Shown here: piece by piece, positions 17,638 to 28,180 of the stretch | How the letters are laid out: every line of letters starts with the position of its first letter | Numbering within the stretch: the first letter of the stretch is position 1 | DNA from: an uncultured virus (IMG/VR IMGVR_UViG_3300010283_000223) | Taxonomy: Duplodnaviria; Heunggongvirae; Uroviricota; Caudoviricetes | Reading direction: 5' to 3' (one strand) | DNA: 64,000 nt | IMG/VR virus record: IMGVR_UViG_3300010283_000223 | The notes under the pieces: model-generated | Databases searched by the model: none | What the model was told of the DNA's origin: nothing | The model's input: only the letters and a program-made list of their open reading frames with translations | Made by a program: the position numbers and the translations under genes

Positions 17638-19701
17638 CTACCTCCCTAAAGCTACGGCATGTGCCAGATAAGTGCTGGCGTCGTGTGCATTTTTATTCAT
17701 CTGCTTAGCAGCCTGTGTTTGTTGTTCACGGTCTCCTCCGCTGAAGCTGTTCTGGAAATTATTATTCTGTACAATTGTCATATTACTGTTCGACACATTT
17801 CCTGCAGTCTGCACAGATGCTTCCGAAGATCCAGTCAGTGCACTTAACCCATTTCCGACATCTCCGGTCACCACTCCCTTGATCAGTGCGGCAACTCCAG
17901 TGACTGTAGATTTGAGTTTTTCCTTTCCCTTTTCGATTCCCTGTGCAAACAGGTCCATCATATCAGGAGTCCATTTGTCTGCATCAGCAAGAGGCCCTTT
18001 ATCAGGCTTCGAAAAATGCAATTTTTCCTTGATCGCATCTCCGACACTGTTTATTTTTTCTTTCAATGCTGAAATTTTTTCTGTTATTCCATTAATAAAG
18101 CCTTGTAGCATATCTTTGCCCCACTCAAGGGCTTTTGATGGCAATCCACCGAAGAGTCCATCGAGAAGTGCCAGAATGGCCTGAAAGAAATTGGAGATAT
18201 ACTCCTTGAAACTTGACCATGCATTTTTAAATGATTCTATCGCTCCATCTGTGTCTCCGGCCAGCAAAGCAAATAATCCTTGAAATAAATTTACTATGAA
18301 CGATACGTATGGCTCTATAGCGGCGACCATAAATGATACCGCCTGAACAATTCCGTTTAGCAAATTTTGTGCATATGCAAGAATTTCAGCTCCGTGCTCA
18401 TCCCAAAAATCCTTCAGAGAATCGAACGCTGGTGCGCAGATCTGTTTTATATACTCTATGATCTGTGCGATATTATCCTTTAATGCAAAGAACTTTTCTC
18501 TTGTAGCATCTACATCTACCCCCGCATTTGCAAGCAATGTTCCAAACAAAGAATCTTTTCCCTGCAGGAACCCTATAAAATCCTGAATCAACAAAAAGAG
18601 CAGCACTATGGCTGCTACTATTGCTAGGGCTTTAAGGTTTATACCTCCAAGTATCTTGGAGAAGCTTTTGAATTTATCAACTGCAGAAAGTATTTTTTCT
18701 CCGGCTTTGTATGCCATTATAGCTCCTATAACAACTCCGAGCATTTTAAGAGCATTCTCTCCCCCGCCTACCATGTCAATAAGCTTCTTTCCGCCATCAA
18801 CCACCTTTGTGATAACAGTTTTGACCTTTTCTCCATACTCCGTAAATTTTGTGAATATCTTGTTTGCCTTAGTTCCTTCCTCATTAACATCTCCAAGGCT
18901 GTCAGACCATTCTTTTACTTTTCCTGTAAGCTTCGAAAGTAGGCTTAAACCCTTTGTCGCATACGGGAGAATAAATCTTCCGACATTTTCCTTGATATCC
19001 TTTATCTGCGCTTGGAATTGCCTTGTTTTGGACTCAAAAGAGTCCATAGACCTTGCGGCATCTCCTATAGCATCCTTTGATTGTTGCATTATGGCAGTAT
19101 AGTTTACCTGCATCTTAGACAGCTGATCCAGCTTCTCATATGTGCCCGAAAAACCAAGTTCTGCCATTGCTGTCGCTCTGGTAGTATCATTCAGTACTGC
19201 TCCTAGCGTTTTTGCAGATTCGCTCTCGCCCATTACCGCTTTTGTCATGGCGTTAATAGCCGTAGTCTCGTCCAGGTTTGCAAAGGACGATATGTCGATA
19301 GCTGACTCTACAAGTTGCTCTGACATTTCCATAGCAGCGTCACGTGCCATACCAAAACCAACGAACAGGTTCTGGTTGTCTGCCAAGTACGTTTTAATGG
19401 AGTTCTTCGATCTTCCAATGGCGTTAGCAAGATTTCCAGCCCATTCATCGGCTTGTCCAGATAAATTATCGAAAACTACATTAAATTTCTGTTCCATCTG
19501 CTCAACATCAGAAGCTGCCTGCATACTGTCTTTTCCAAACTTCACAATACCTGCTATGGATACTGTTATTCCAACCATACCTAGCAGTGACTGCAATGAG
19601 TTCTTCAAAGCTTTTCCGTCAGCAAGTGCTTTTTTACGAGACTGCTCATCTACCTTGTAGCCCAAAGCGACCATGAGTTCTTTAACCGTCAATGGTGTCA
19701 C
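17638..19701 (-). CDS. Tape measure protein
   Basis: 687 aa helical protein with TM segment and LHFSKPDKGPL motif. Confidence 0.9.
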   Translation of the reverse strand: MTPLTVKELMVALGYKVDEQSRKKALADGKALKNSLQSLLGMVGITVSIAGIVKFGKDSMQAASDVEQMEQKFNVVFDNLSGQADEWAGNLANAIGRSKNSIKTYLADNQNLFVGFGMARDAAMEMSEQLVESAIDISSFANLDETTAINAMTKAVMGESESAKTLGAVLNDTTRATAMAELGFSGTYEKLDQLSKMQVNYTAIMQQSKDAIGDAARSMDSFESKTRQFQAQIKDIKENVGRFILPYATKGLSLLSKLTGKVKEWSDSLGDVNEEGTKANKIFTKFTEYGEKVKTVITKVVDGGKKLIDMVGGGENALKMLGVVIGAIMAYKAGEKILSAVDKFKSFSKILGGINLKALAIVAAIVLLFLLIQDFIGFLQGKDSLFGTLLANAGVDVDATREKFFALKDNIAQIIEYIKQICAPAFDSLKDFWDEHGAEILAYAQNLLNGIVQAVSFMVAAIEPYVSFIVNLFQGLFALLAGDTDGAIESFKNAWSSFKEYISNFFQAILALLDGLFGGLPSKALEWGKDMLQGFINGITEKISALKEKINSVGDAIKEKLHFSKPDKGPLADADKWTPDMMDLFAQGIEKGKEKLKSTVTGVAALIKGVVTGDVGNGLSALTGSSEASVQTAGNVSNSNMTIVQNNNFQNSFSGGDREQQTQAAKQMNKNAHDASTYLAHAVALGR

Positions 19702-19704
19702 CTC

Positions 19705-19971
19705 CTACCCGCTGTGTTTGCTATCTTCAAGCATCCCATGCTCTGTGTCCTGTCTCATGACCATAAGTGCATAAAGCTTCAACGCTTCATCAAGTGTGTA
19801 ATATTCTTCAAGTTCCATCATAGAAGCCATTCCATTCTGAATCAGGACATACATTCTCAATTCGAGGTCGGTAAATTGGCTTCTGTCGAATTCTCCATAC
19901 TTCCCGACAAGATCGTCACTACCTTTTGAGAAAGGCCTCCAGATTGGCCGAGAAGTTTCTTGAAAAAACCC
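19705..19971 (-). CDS. -1 frameshift extension of the tail assembly chaperone (gpGT-like)
   Basis: In-frame slippery G GGT TTT at 19971-19965; -1 frame open to TAG at 19707-19705. Confidence 0.8.
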   Translation of the reverse strand, partial: GFFQETSRPIWRPFSKGSDDLVGKYGEFDRSQFTDLELRMYVLIQNGMASMMELEEYYTLDEALKLYALMVMRQDTEHGMLEDSKHSG

Positions 19972-20387
19972 TTGAAATTTACATTAATAACCTCATATGC
20001 CAGTCGATACATATCATCAACGTTCTGGCAGAAAACCTGATCCAGAACATCCTGTGTAAGCCATGTCTGTACCGGTTCTCCGGTTGCAGAATCTATATAA
20101 CTACAAGAGATATTCTGCTGCAACAGTAACTTTCGGAAAAGTTTTTCGATTGTATCTCCATCAAGCGTTGAAAAAGCCCCTGTGACCAAAGGCATTGCAT
20201 CCTTTAGATCCATGGACAGTACATCATCATCGTTGCTTCCTATCAGTGGAAGGCAACCAGCAACAATCGGTCCGAGAAATTTTCCGAGTTCTCCAGATAG
20301 ATTTGCGGCTTTCATAGCTCCAAAGGGGTAGATTGCAAAATCTACCCCGCACAGTGAAACCCTGTTTGGTTCAATTTGTTTAATCAT
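19857..20387 (-). CDS. Tail assembly chaperone
   Basis: Between tube and tape measure; NFKGFF slippery motif. Confidence 0.8.
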   Translation of the reverse strand: MIKQIEPNRVSLCGVDFAIYPFGAMKAANLSGELGKFLGPIVAGCLPLIGSNDDDVLSMDLKDAMPLVTGAFSTLDGDTIEKLFRKLLLQQNISCSYIDSATGEPVQTWLTQDVLDQVFCQNVDDMYRLAYEVINVNFKGFFKKLLGQSGGLSQKVVTILSGSMENSTEANLPTSN

Positions 20388-20400
20388 TTTGTCACCTCAT

Positions 20401-20817
20401 TTAATTTTCAGCAAACTTTCCTTCTCCACAAGCAAGCTCCCATTCTCGGTTTGTCGCTTCCTTACCTCTTCCCCATGAAGCAGGTTTTGTTACCCATGCC
20501 ACATCCGAGGAAAACTGTTCTTTTCCCATAATATCTTTGATAATAATAGGGAAATGTCCATCCCCATTCTCCTGATCCATGGCGTATCTCTTATTGAGAT
20601 ATGCACTTGTAGGAGAATTCTGCTGAAGCGCAAGTTTGATGCTATATGCCTGGTTCGGACTCACCGATCTGTTGACACTTCCATCGCACCCTACCTTCAT
20701 TGTTGTTCCGTCTCCAGAAGATTCAATACTGATAAACGAATCATCTGCATATCCGGATACAACATGTGATCCAAGGGCAATAATTACTTTTTTGGGATTG
20801 TATGTTTTTACATCCAT
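20401..20817 (-). CDS. Tail tube protein (DUF3277-like)
   Basis: TYNPK, VGCDG, LQQNSP, REW. Confidence 0.8.
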   Translation of the reverse strand: MDVKTYNPKKVIIALGSHVVSGYADDSFISIESSGDGTTMKVGCDGSVNRSVSPNQAYSIKLALQQNSPTSAYLNKRYAMDQENGDGHFPIIIKDIMGKEQFSSDVAWVTKPASWGRGKEATNREWELACGEGKFAEN

Positions 20818-20834
20818 ATCAATTTACCTCCTGC

Positions 20835-21911
20835 TTAATATACTAATGTTCCTTTAATCTGTGTCTCATGAATGGCGCCAGCAAGACGTGCAGTGAATGA
20901 TACTCCAGAGAGCTTTCTGTTCTTCTTGTCCGATGCACTCACCTCCGATGCCAGCGGAACTGTAATTGTATACCCCTTCTCAACTTCTCCATCACTCTTT
21001 ATTCTGTCTGTATCAATTCCGTTATTCTTTTGTGCTGCAGACAGAGCAGCCTCGAGCACATTCTGTATCCCAGTGATTCCTCCATCGTTGTACGCAATCT
21101 TTGGATTCTGTACCAAATAATTGAAAACATCGATCTGAATCTTATTGATCAACCACTCTTTGAATCTGATTACATCAATCCATTCTCCTGATCCAACTTT
21201 TCCTTCCTGGACCACATCTTTGTTTGCAATTGTTCGATAGAAGTTTACATTCCCATCCTTCAAGGTTTTTGCCTTCGTAGGTGTCAGATTGGATGCCGTC
21301 ACTCCCCTGAGTGTCTTGAGAGACCAAGTCTCGGATCCAGGGGTGTAGGAAAAGCATTTTGCCATATACGCAATTGACGCATATGTATTACCGTCAGGAA
21401 TAGCTGAGTCTTTAATGTCTCCTGCAAAAAATCCAAATGTATTGTTATAGGGTGACATATTAATAGGGCAATTACCGGATGTAAAAGTAAATCCAAAAAG
21501 CTTTCCGTTTGCTTCTGCCCACTTTGCCGCAGCTTCAAGGTCGGACGATGTTGTATAAGAAACCAAAGCAAATCCGTACCACTTATTCACTGAAACAGCT
21601 CTGTCAAGACAGTCTGCAATCGTTTCATCAGCCTCAAGCGTTTTTTCTCTTGCTATTACATATATCTCATCCGGTCTCATATCCTGATTAAAAGCCACCG
21701 CAACAGCTTTATATGCTGCATCTTCGCTCGTATAGCCAAACACTGTTAAATCCTTTGCGCTCTGAACAACAATGACTCCGGTCATTTCCTCGTCACCTGC
21801 ATTTGTAGGTTTTGGTACCACAAGCAGCAAATTTGAGAAGGATGCGCTGTCCGTTGCCGGCGTTTCGATTGCAATGGTAACATCTACCACATCGTTAATG
21901 TTATTACTCAT
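20835..21911 (-). CDS. Tail sheath protein (DUF3383-like)
   Basis: PGSETW..KTL.GV, GEWIDVI...WL, LAGAIH. Confidence 0.85.
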   Translation of the reverse strand: MSNNINDVVDVTIAIETPATDSASFSNLLLVVPKPTNAGDEEMTGVIVVQSAKDLTVFGYTSEDAAYKAVAVAFNQDMRPDEIYVIAREKTLEADETIADCLDRAVSVNKWYGFALVSYTTSSDLEAAAKWAEANGKLFGFTFTSGNCPINMSPYNNTFGFFAGDIKDSAIPDGNTYASIAYMAKCFSYTPGSETWSLKTLRGVTASNLTPTKAKTLKDGNVNFYRTIANKDVVQEGKVGSGEWIDVIRFKEWLINKIQIDVFNYLVQNPKIAYNDGGITGIQNVLEAALSAAQKNNGIDTDRIKSDGEVEKGYTITVPLASEVSASDKKNRKLSGVSFTARLAGAIHETQIKGTLVY

Positions 21912-22504
21912 TTCTGAAATCCTCCTGTTAAGTTTATTGTCTCAATGGTATCAGAAGCCTCTAACAACGCCTCTGAACCGCCTCCGCTAGCATTTGGAAT
22001 AATTCCTATGCCTAGCTGATTATATTTCCCATACGCACTCTCCGTGAAAGATATGCCAATCGTAGTCATTGCTCGGTAATTAAACGTACTGTTATCGTTC
22101 ACAAGCCCGCTAAGACTTTCGATGTCTGCTGTTTCTACGGTTAATCCCTCTGCTGCTAAAGCATCCACCGTTTCATCTGATGAAAGGTACAGCAAAAAAT
22201 CTTCCAGATCTCCCATAGAGGTATCTTTGTAGACAGCGGTTTCTTTTCCTTTGTTTATATTTTCGCCTTTTGTATACAGATTGATATCAGCATCCATATG
22301 AGCTGTCCAGTAATTCTTATAACACTGCTCTTGCTCATCAAACCGGCATATCGGGCTACCCGTCTTCCTATGCTTATAAAATTTGATATTTATATACGGA
22401 TTGGGAAACCTCGGCATTTTTTGAGACGAATGAAATACATGATTCTTTCCATAATAGCCGGCCAAGATGTTCAATACCCGTTCCTGCATTTCATCAATTG
22501 TCAT
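21908..22504 (-). CDS. Neck/tail terminator protein
   Basis: Synteny; start refined to MTIDEM. Confidence 0.6.
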   Translation of the reverse strand: MTIDEMQERVLNILAGYYGKNHVFHSSQKMPRFPNPYINIKFYKHRKTGSPICRFDEQEQCYKNYWTAHMDADINLYTKGENINKGKETAVYKDTSMGDLEDFLLYLSSDETVDALAAEGLTVETADIESLSGLVNDNSTFNYRAMTTIGISFTESAYGKYNQLGIGIIPNASGGGSEALLEASDTIETINLTGGFQK

Positions 22505-22902
22505 GAATTGGTTTCCTCCTCTTTTTCTGTTTGGTCTGAATCTATCGGTGGTTCCTCTTGGTTCAAGCACTGAATCCATTCACTTGTGTAATGCCTCAAT
22601 ACTGTATTTTCACTAAGAATAGATGATACACATTCAAACCATTTCCCTTGGAACCACAAACAGTCAGCCCTTCGTTTTTCTGCCTCACTTGCTGTCATAA
22701 CTTCATCATCTGAAAAACTCTTGAGGCGCTGCAGCGTATAATCGCCATTTTCATCTGTTATGTGCCCTTTTTTAGTTGTTTGCACATCCATTAGCATAAT
22801 CATGTCAGTATACGACTCCGGAATAGCATATCCATCTCGAACCTCTATGCATCCATTAAATCGTCGTATAATATGCTTTTTTCTCCACAGTCCAAGAGGC
22901 AC
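22501..22902 (-). CDS. Head closure-like protein
   Basis: Synteny; AD.LWFQGKWFE. Confidence 0.6.
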   Translation of the reverse strand: MPLGLWRKKHIIRRFNGCIEVRDGYAIPESYTDMIMLMDVQTTKKGHITDENGDYTLQRLKSFSDDEVMTASEAEKRRADCLWFQGKWFECVSSILSENTVLRHYTSEWIQCLNQEEPPIDSDQTEKEEETNS

Positions 22903-22908
22903 CCTTAA

Positions 22909-23358
22909 TCACCCTTTCTTCTTTATGACAAAATTAACAGAGTTCTTCATAGTTCCGGTATCGATAAGTGGATGAGAGCTTCCTTTTCTTCTGATAGTCG
23001 CCTCCAAATTAGGTTCAAAATAACCGTCCTCTATCGTTGTTTGAACCATATCTTTCTGAAATACTCCTATTTCCTTCAATACCTGTTCTGCTGTTTTTCC
23101 GTGTATTATATCAACAACCTTTGACTGCAAAAATTTAACTATCTCGTCTTCGTTGTCATCAACACTATCTCTCAAGAAAGGACGAGACGGAATGGTCTCG
23201 GTGCCAAGTTCATTAAATGCTGCCACATCGCAGACATCCGCCCCATTCTCTTCTCGGGAGGCTCCGTGTTGGAATCCAATCTGAACAACCATCTTTCCAA
23301 GTTTGTCCAGTTCTCGAAATACCCTTTCTCCTTCTGGCGTCAACCTATCATCACTCAC
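22909..23358 (-). CDS. Neck protein
   Basis: NELGT..IPSRPFL, KGSSHPLIDTG. Confidence 0.75.
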   Translation of the reverse strand: MSDDRLTPEGERVFRELDKLGKMVVQIGFQHGASREENGADVCDVAAFNELGTETIPSRPFLRDSVDDNEDEIVKFLQSKVVDIIHGKTAEQVLKEIGVFQKDMVQTTIEDGYFEPNLEATIRRKGSSHPLIDTGTMKNSVNFVIKKKG

Positions 23359-23746
23359 TGATCACAGTCTCCCCTCCGCAGATTATAGGAATTGCAACTC
23401 TCTTTCTCAGATTAAGATATTCCGTACCATAAATGGTAAGAGCATATTCTCCATCGGCTTCTCCGAGCCGGCTTTGCTGAGTAGACGAAAAAGACACCGA
23501 TGTATCTCCTTCTGAAACAGAAGAAAGACCAAAGGTGTCTCCTATTGTGCCTATTCCTATTGATGTTCCGAGCCCACGCAGCTTCATTTTATGAGCCGCC
23601 AAGTATGCCAATGCCTGTTCATACAATTTTCCAAAACGTTTTTTTGATATCAACGGCTCTGCAAGTGATATGAAAGTCTCGATTGTATCATCATCGACCT
23701 TTTCGAATTCAGGCATTGTTTTTCTAATGATATCAAATGCCTCCAT
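23351..23746 (-). CDS. Head-tail adaptor (DUF4054-like)
   Basis: PEF, YLAAH, T.YG.EY motifs. Confidence 0.75.
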   Translation of the reverse strand: MEAFDIIRKTMPEFEKVDDDTIETFISLAEPLISKKRFGKLYEQALAYLAAHKMKLRGLGTSIGIGTIGDTFGLSSVSEGDTSVSFSSTQQSRLGEADGEYALTIYGTEYLNLRKRVAIPIICGGETVISE

Positions 23747-23756
23747 ATGTGCCTCC

Positions 23757-24176
23757 TTAGCCGATCTGTTCAAGTTCCGCGGTAAGAATATCCAGAATCT
23801 GTGCTTTCAACTCTTCTGCCTTGATATCATCTGCCACTTCCATTCCGAGAGCTGCGGCTTTCAGCTGCAATTCTTCTTTCTTCATAGATTTTACAGCTTT
23901 GATTTCAGCCTCTTTCTCCGCTTTTGCAGCCACGATAGCTTCCTGCTTTGCCTTATATTCTGCGATGGCAGCCTCTGCAATCTTGGCCCTTTCCAAATCA
24001 CTAATATCATCACATTTCTTTGGCGTATCTTCTGTATCCACAAGAATACCTTTTTCAAGGTAAAACTTAACAACCGGATGTGTTTCCTGCCCCGCAAGCA
24101 ATTCTGTTTCTGCTCCGGGGAGCAAAGGCTCCCCGTTTATTCCAATAATTTTTCTGGACTTATTGATCACTTTCAT
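23757..24176 (-). CDS. Hypothetical head-region protein with C-terminal HeH/Rho-N-like motif
   Basis: MKKEELQLKAAALG...KAEELKAQI. Confidence 0.6.
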   Translation of the reverse strand: MKVINKSRKIIGINGEPLLPGAETELLAGQETHPVVKFYLEKGILVDTEDTPKKCDDISDLERAKIAEAAIAEYKAKQEAIVAAKAEKEAEIKAVKSMKKEELQLKAAALGMEVADDIKAEELKAQILDILTAELEQIG

Positions 24177-24188
24177 ACTGTTTCCTCC

Positions 24189-25202
24189 TTACACGCCATA
24201 TGCTAAAAGCATAGAAAGCGGATAGTAAATGATGAGTCCTGCTGTTCTTGCCTCGCAAGGAATCTCTGTTTCCAGTTTCTGTACCTGCAAAGGATACTGG
24301 TAGAAAGGAAGTGGCATTTCAAGGCTGAATTTCTCAGCATCCTTCGTGTACATGAATGCAACGTTCTTTCCGGAAGTATTGATATCCGTTGCTGTATCCT
24401 GAAGCTCTGCCATACTCTCGAAATTCTTCAGATAAGGAGCATGCTCTTTTACGAAGCTGAGAACAGTCGTTTCAGTATCCGGAATTCGTCTTGTTGACAG
24501 GTCCATATACACATATGCAGGAAGAGCCAGAGTGTCAGGTTTTTCGATAGACATTGTAATTTTGTCAACGAATTTCTGCATTCCATTGATATCTTCCAAA
24601 ATCTGATCTGCAGTCTTATGAGCCCAGTCGGTGTACTTCTTTCCATCCACAGTAACCTCAGACAGAGTATACAGAGGGATATCTGTCCCCTCTGAAAAGA
24701 TTCCGACAAGATTATGCTTTGCATCTCCTGCAAAGGCAATCTTATTAACCATATAGTCGGATGCCCTTCTTGCAGCAGCTCCCTTTCTTGCATCCAGGGA
24801 CTTGCCTGCCATTCTGGATGCACGCATTTCCTGTACGTTGTATCCGTAACTGTCACCGATGGATTTAATATGTGCAGTATGGGATTCTCCCTTTACATCT
24901 ACTCTCGGAAGGTCTGTCGCATAATTGTTGATGATGGCAGCCATTCCGGTAATATCGTAGCTGTAGTATGTTGTTGTTTCTGCTCCCTCATTTACCTCAG
25001 AGGTAATAGGGAAGTATGCCAGAGCGGAGAGCTCCGGATATAATTTGTCGTATGTCTTTGCTTTTACCTGATCAAGTTCTCTTGCAAAGAATACTGTGGC
25101 CGATTCAACACTGTCAAAGCGAAGCTGTTCGCTATTTGCAAGCCCTTTCACGAGGTTTGAGCTTTTCAGTGCGTTGTAGTCATCTCTGTTGAATTCTTTC
25201 AT
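24189..25202 (-). CDS. Major capsid protein (DUF2184-like)
   Basis: 337 aa; YATDLPRVD, IAFAGD, GLIIYYP. Confidence 0.88.
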   Translation of the reverse strand: MKEFNRDDYNALKSSNLVKGLANSEQLRFDSVESATVFFARELDQVKAKTYDKLYPELSALAYFPITSEVNEGAETTTYYSYDITGMAAIINNYATDLPRVDVKGESHTAHIKSIGDSYGYNVQEMRASRMAGKSLDARKGAAARRASDYMVNKIAFAGDAKHNLVGIFSEGTDIPLYTLSEVTVDGKKYTDWAHKTADQILEDINGMQKFVDKITMSIEKPDTLALPAYVYMDLSTRRIPDTETTVLSFVKEHAPYLKNFESMAELQDTATDINTSGKNVAFMYTKDAEKFSLEMPLPFYQYPLQVQKLETEIPCEARTAGLIIYYPLSMLLAYGV

Positions 25203-25219
25203 CTGTTAACTTCCTCCTC

Positions 25220-25735
25220 TTACTTAGCTGTGGTTGCCTTAATTACGGCACCCGGTCTGAATTCTGCGTTTGCAATTCCGGCATCTGTTTCGCCAAGGAA
25301 AATAGCGTTCACCTCAACCTTTGTGGACTCATCATCAGAAGTAGTGAATAATCCTGCTTCGTCACCATCCGTAATCATGTAAACCTTTTCCTTGTATGCA
25401 GGCTTTGCCTTGGATGCAGTCTTAATCCAAATGCGGCCATACTGTAAGCATCCAACTGTGCTTTTGTCTCCAATGGAAACCTTGTTGTCCATACCCATCT
25501 CTACCATAACTGAGTTGTGAACGATTACACCCTCAAAATCATCTGATGTTGCAGAAGATGCAGGAACCTTTACATCTACACCCTTATTGGTGCCAATTAC
25601 AACACCAACTCCAAACGCTACTCCGATGCCTTCTGCCTGTCTTGTTGCTACTTCATGGGCCGATAAATCATACAGCCCGCCTGCTACTCCCTTGGGAGAG
25701 CTAAAACCGTAACTTGTCTGTACTGCCATGCTCAT
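25220..25735 (-). CDS. Capsid decoration/cement protein
   Basis: Position before the MCP; G/A/V-rich, GRIW motif. Confidence 0.65.
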   Translation of the reverse strand: MSMAVQTSYGFSSPKGVAGGLYDLSAHEVATRQAEGIGVAFGVGVVIGTNKGVDVKVPASSATSDDFEGVIVHNSVMVEMGMDNKVSIGDKSTVGCLQYGRIWIKTASKAKPAYKEKVYMITDGDEAGLFTTSDDESTKVEVNAIFLGETDAGIANAEFRPGAVIKATTAK

Positions 25736-27057
25736 TATTTGTCTCCTCCCTTCATTCTTTTGATCATTTTATTCCTTGCAGAATCGGACCCGCACTCTTC
25801 CTTGGAATCCTTGCGAATCTGATCTTCAAACATCTTTTTTCTCTGATCATCAGTGCTCTTTCTTTCATGGAATGACTGTTTCGCAATATCATACGCAGCT
25901 GTAATGTAAGTAGCGCTCTTACCATCCAGATTGATCTTTGGATTAACAGCTTTGATAATGCGTTTTCTTCCCTCTAACACGGAAAGGTTCTCTACTCCAT
26001 CGAGGTGAAGTTTGTCAGCCATTCGGCATACATCAAGTCTTTGCTTTATGATCTGGTCAACAGAATCTGTGTTTACCTTCTTTTCAGCTTCCTGCTCAGA
26101 AGGATTCCCTTCAGAATCCATATTATTATCATCAGGAATAGTGGCGTCTCCATCTGTTGCACTTGGTTCTTCATTGTCACCGTTCATGTCATTGGAAGCC
26201 TGGAGCTTATCAATTTCCGTGAGCAGTGTGTCAAGATCTGCTTTCTGGGCCGCAATGATATCTTCAGGTGACATCTCTGATCCATCTGCATCCCGTCTAT
26301 CAATGTTCTCCCGAACCTGCTCGATAGGTGTCTTTTCATCTGTCGGTTCCTCTGTTCCGGGTGAGTCCCCATCGACTCCTTCTCCCCCGGATGCCTGGGA
26401 AGCCGCTTTCTGGGCTTTGTATAAAGCAATGGCAGCTTCCATTTCTTCTGGTGTCAAATCTTCTCCGTCGCTGTTGTTTTTGCGACCACTGTTGGGTTTG
26501 TACATGATTTCTTTACCTCCTTTAAGAATTTGTACATCATCATCTTTCCCGTCAATATTCAGCCTAGCGGCATCTCCCGCTCTTGCTTCACCAACAAGTG
26601 CCAGATGATTGATTTCAATGTTTCTCTGTATACAGTCATAATGCTCTCCCCTGTATACCCCGGGAGTCTCCTCAGTATCCAACGCATATCCAAGGGATAG
26701 TTCCTTAAGACCAGCTTTATTCATAGCGTTAACATCATGGATGATGATCTCACAGCGGACGCAATCTCCGTCTCTATAGCCCTCGCTCATAATAGTGCCG
26801 ATCTGTTCCTGTCTGACATTATTTTTGTCAACTTCCCCAGCGTCATGGGTAATGATTATTGGCTTGCCTTTGTAACTCTTTAATGATTTCTCGCTAAAGA
26901 CGTCCTCCGGCAAGCGCAGCTCTCTGCGTGTGGTACCATCCGGATTCTTGTATTCAAAAATGCCACACCTCGTTACGATAGGATGGTCAACGAGATATCC
27001 TTCCTCCGTATAGTACGTTCCGTCAACAGCAATGCTGTCAATTCTGATTTTCTTCAT
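25735..27057 (-). CDS. Prohead protease/scaffold (DUF2213-like)
   Basis: GIFEY, KPIIITH, KELSLGY, NHLALV.EARAG; acidic scaffold C-terminus; start refined to MKKIRID. Confidence 0.85.
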   Translation of the reverse strand: MKKIRIDSIAVDGTYYTEEGYLVDHPIVTRCGIFEYKNPDGTTRRELRLPEDVFSEKSLKSYKGKPIIITHDAGEVDKNNVRQEQIGTIMSEGYRDGDCVRCEIIIHDVNAMNKAGLKELSLGYALDTEETPGVYRGEHYDCIQRNIEINHLALVGEARAGDAARLNIDGKDDDVQILKGGKEIMYKPNSGRKNNSDGEDLTPEEMEAAIALYKAQKAASQASGGEGVDGDSPGTEEPTDEKTPIEQVRENIDRRDADGSEMSPEDIIAAQKADLDTLLTEIDKLQASNDMNGDNEEPSATDGDATIPDDNNMDSEGNPSEQEAEKKVNTDSVDQIIKQRLDVCRMADKLHLDGVENLSVLEGRKRIIKAVNPKINLDGKSATYITAAYDIAKQSFHERKSTDDQRKKMFEDQIRKDSKEECGSDSARNKMIKRMKGGDK

Positions 27058-27079
27058 TTTTTCACCTCCTCTCTCTGTT

Positions 27080-28030
27080 CTACTTATCCCATTGCATCTG
27101 AAACGGAACATCAATATTAACTTTAGACACATCAAATACAGGTTTTGCTCTGCATCTGCACTGATAATCCTCTCCAGGATGGCATCTTCTGCCTCTTCCA
27201 ACATCTGGAGGATTATCCCAGCTAAACATCTTGCCATGTAATTCTTTATGACTTTCCCTGACACGTTCATCCTGACAGGTTCTCCATATATACTCATTTA
27301 CTCCTGCATCTTTCTGTTGGTGCTTCGTAATCTGAGCATTGAGTTTACCTGTCTGATCTCTTGCTATCAATCTGGCGTGCCTCTTGTCCATTCCGTATTG
27401 CCGATGCAGCTCCTTGATGATATCTGTGTTTGTCTTTCCACCCATAAAGCTTTCATATACCAGCTGCTTTACTTTACACAGTGAATCACTTGGAACTGTC
27501 TTAATCAGGTCGACATTGTCACTGATCCACTTCTCAAGCATTTCCTTGTAGAAGTCTCCGGAGTAGTAGTCCTCCATGATATTGATACCTAATGTCTTTC
27601 CTATAACCTTTTTCCATTCTTTTATAGTCATTTTGTAATCAAGGTTTGCTATCTCCCGCATTTTTCTCTTCAAGTCAAACATGCCAATTGCACTCTCAAG
27701 CTCTCGTTGTATGTTCCTGAAAAGGATGTTCAGGCGAACAATCGTGTTGTCTATTGCTGAGAAACGAGATGTTTTCCGCTTTTTCATATTGTCTTTTTTA
27801 GAATCCGTGTTGTACTGGGTTCCTTCACTGAGTATTTGTTTGAGCTCTGGGATATACTTCTCCAGAATTTCCTTCTCTATGGCCATATAACTATTGACCA
27901 GTCTGAAATACTCCCGCTCTGCAGTGTACGGATAACTAGGAGTGTATTTCGCTTCTACCTTTGTTCTCCCATTTAGGTGTTTAATCATATCCTGACGGAG
28001 CAGCTGCATTGATTTATTATCCTGTTGCAC
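27080..28030 (-). CDS. Minor head protein (Phage_Mu_F)
   Basis: ARLIARDQ, DERVRESH, HPGEDYQCRC. Confidence 0.88.
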   Translation of the reverse strand: MQQDNKSMQLLRQDMIKHLNGRTKVEAKYTPSYPYTAEREYFRLVNSYMAIEKEILEKYIPELKQILSEGTQYNTDSKKDNMKKRKTSRFSAIDNTIVRLNILFRNIQRELESAIGMFDLKRKMREIANLDYKMTIKEWKKVIGKTLGINIMEDYYSGDFYKEMLEKWISDNVDLIKTVPSDSLCKVKQLVYESFMGGKTNTDIIKELHRQYGMDKRHARLIARDQTGKLNAQITKHQQKDAGVNEYIWRTCQDERVRESHKELHGKMFSWDNPPDVGRGRRCHPGEDYQCRCRAKPVFDVSKVNIDVPFQMQWDK

Positions 28031-28134
28031 TGTCTTCTCCTCCTTCCTCAGATTTTGTTTTTTCTTTCGTTGACGATTATTTCATAGTCCGAACCAAAAA
28101 GCCCCGCAGAGCCGATATAACAGTCCTACAGGGC

Positions 28135-28167
28135 AAAATAAAAGAGCCTTACATCTCTGCAAGGCTC
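28135..28167 (-). terminator. Intrinsic terminator after the 62 aa gene
   Basis: Minus strand GAGCCTTGC-AGAGAT-GTAAGGCTC-TTTTATTTT. Confidence 0.65.
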
Positions 28168-28180
28168 GCCTTCGTTTTAA

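Noticed and set aside
27058..27297. N-terminal 80 aa of ORF 25735..27297 (and similar extensions of 15746..16741, 32992..33648, 50300..51328)
   Set aside because: They overlap upstream genes; better starts with RBS lie downstream
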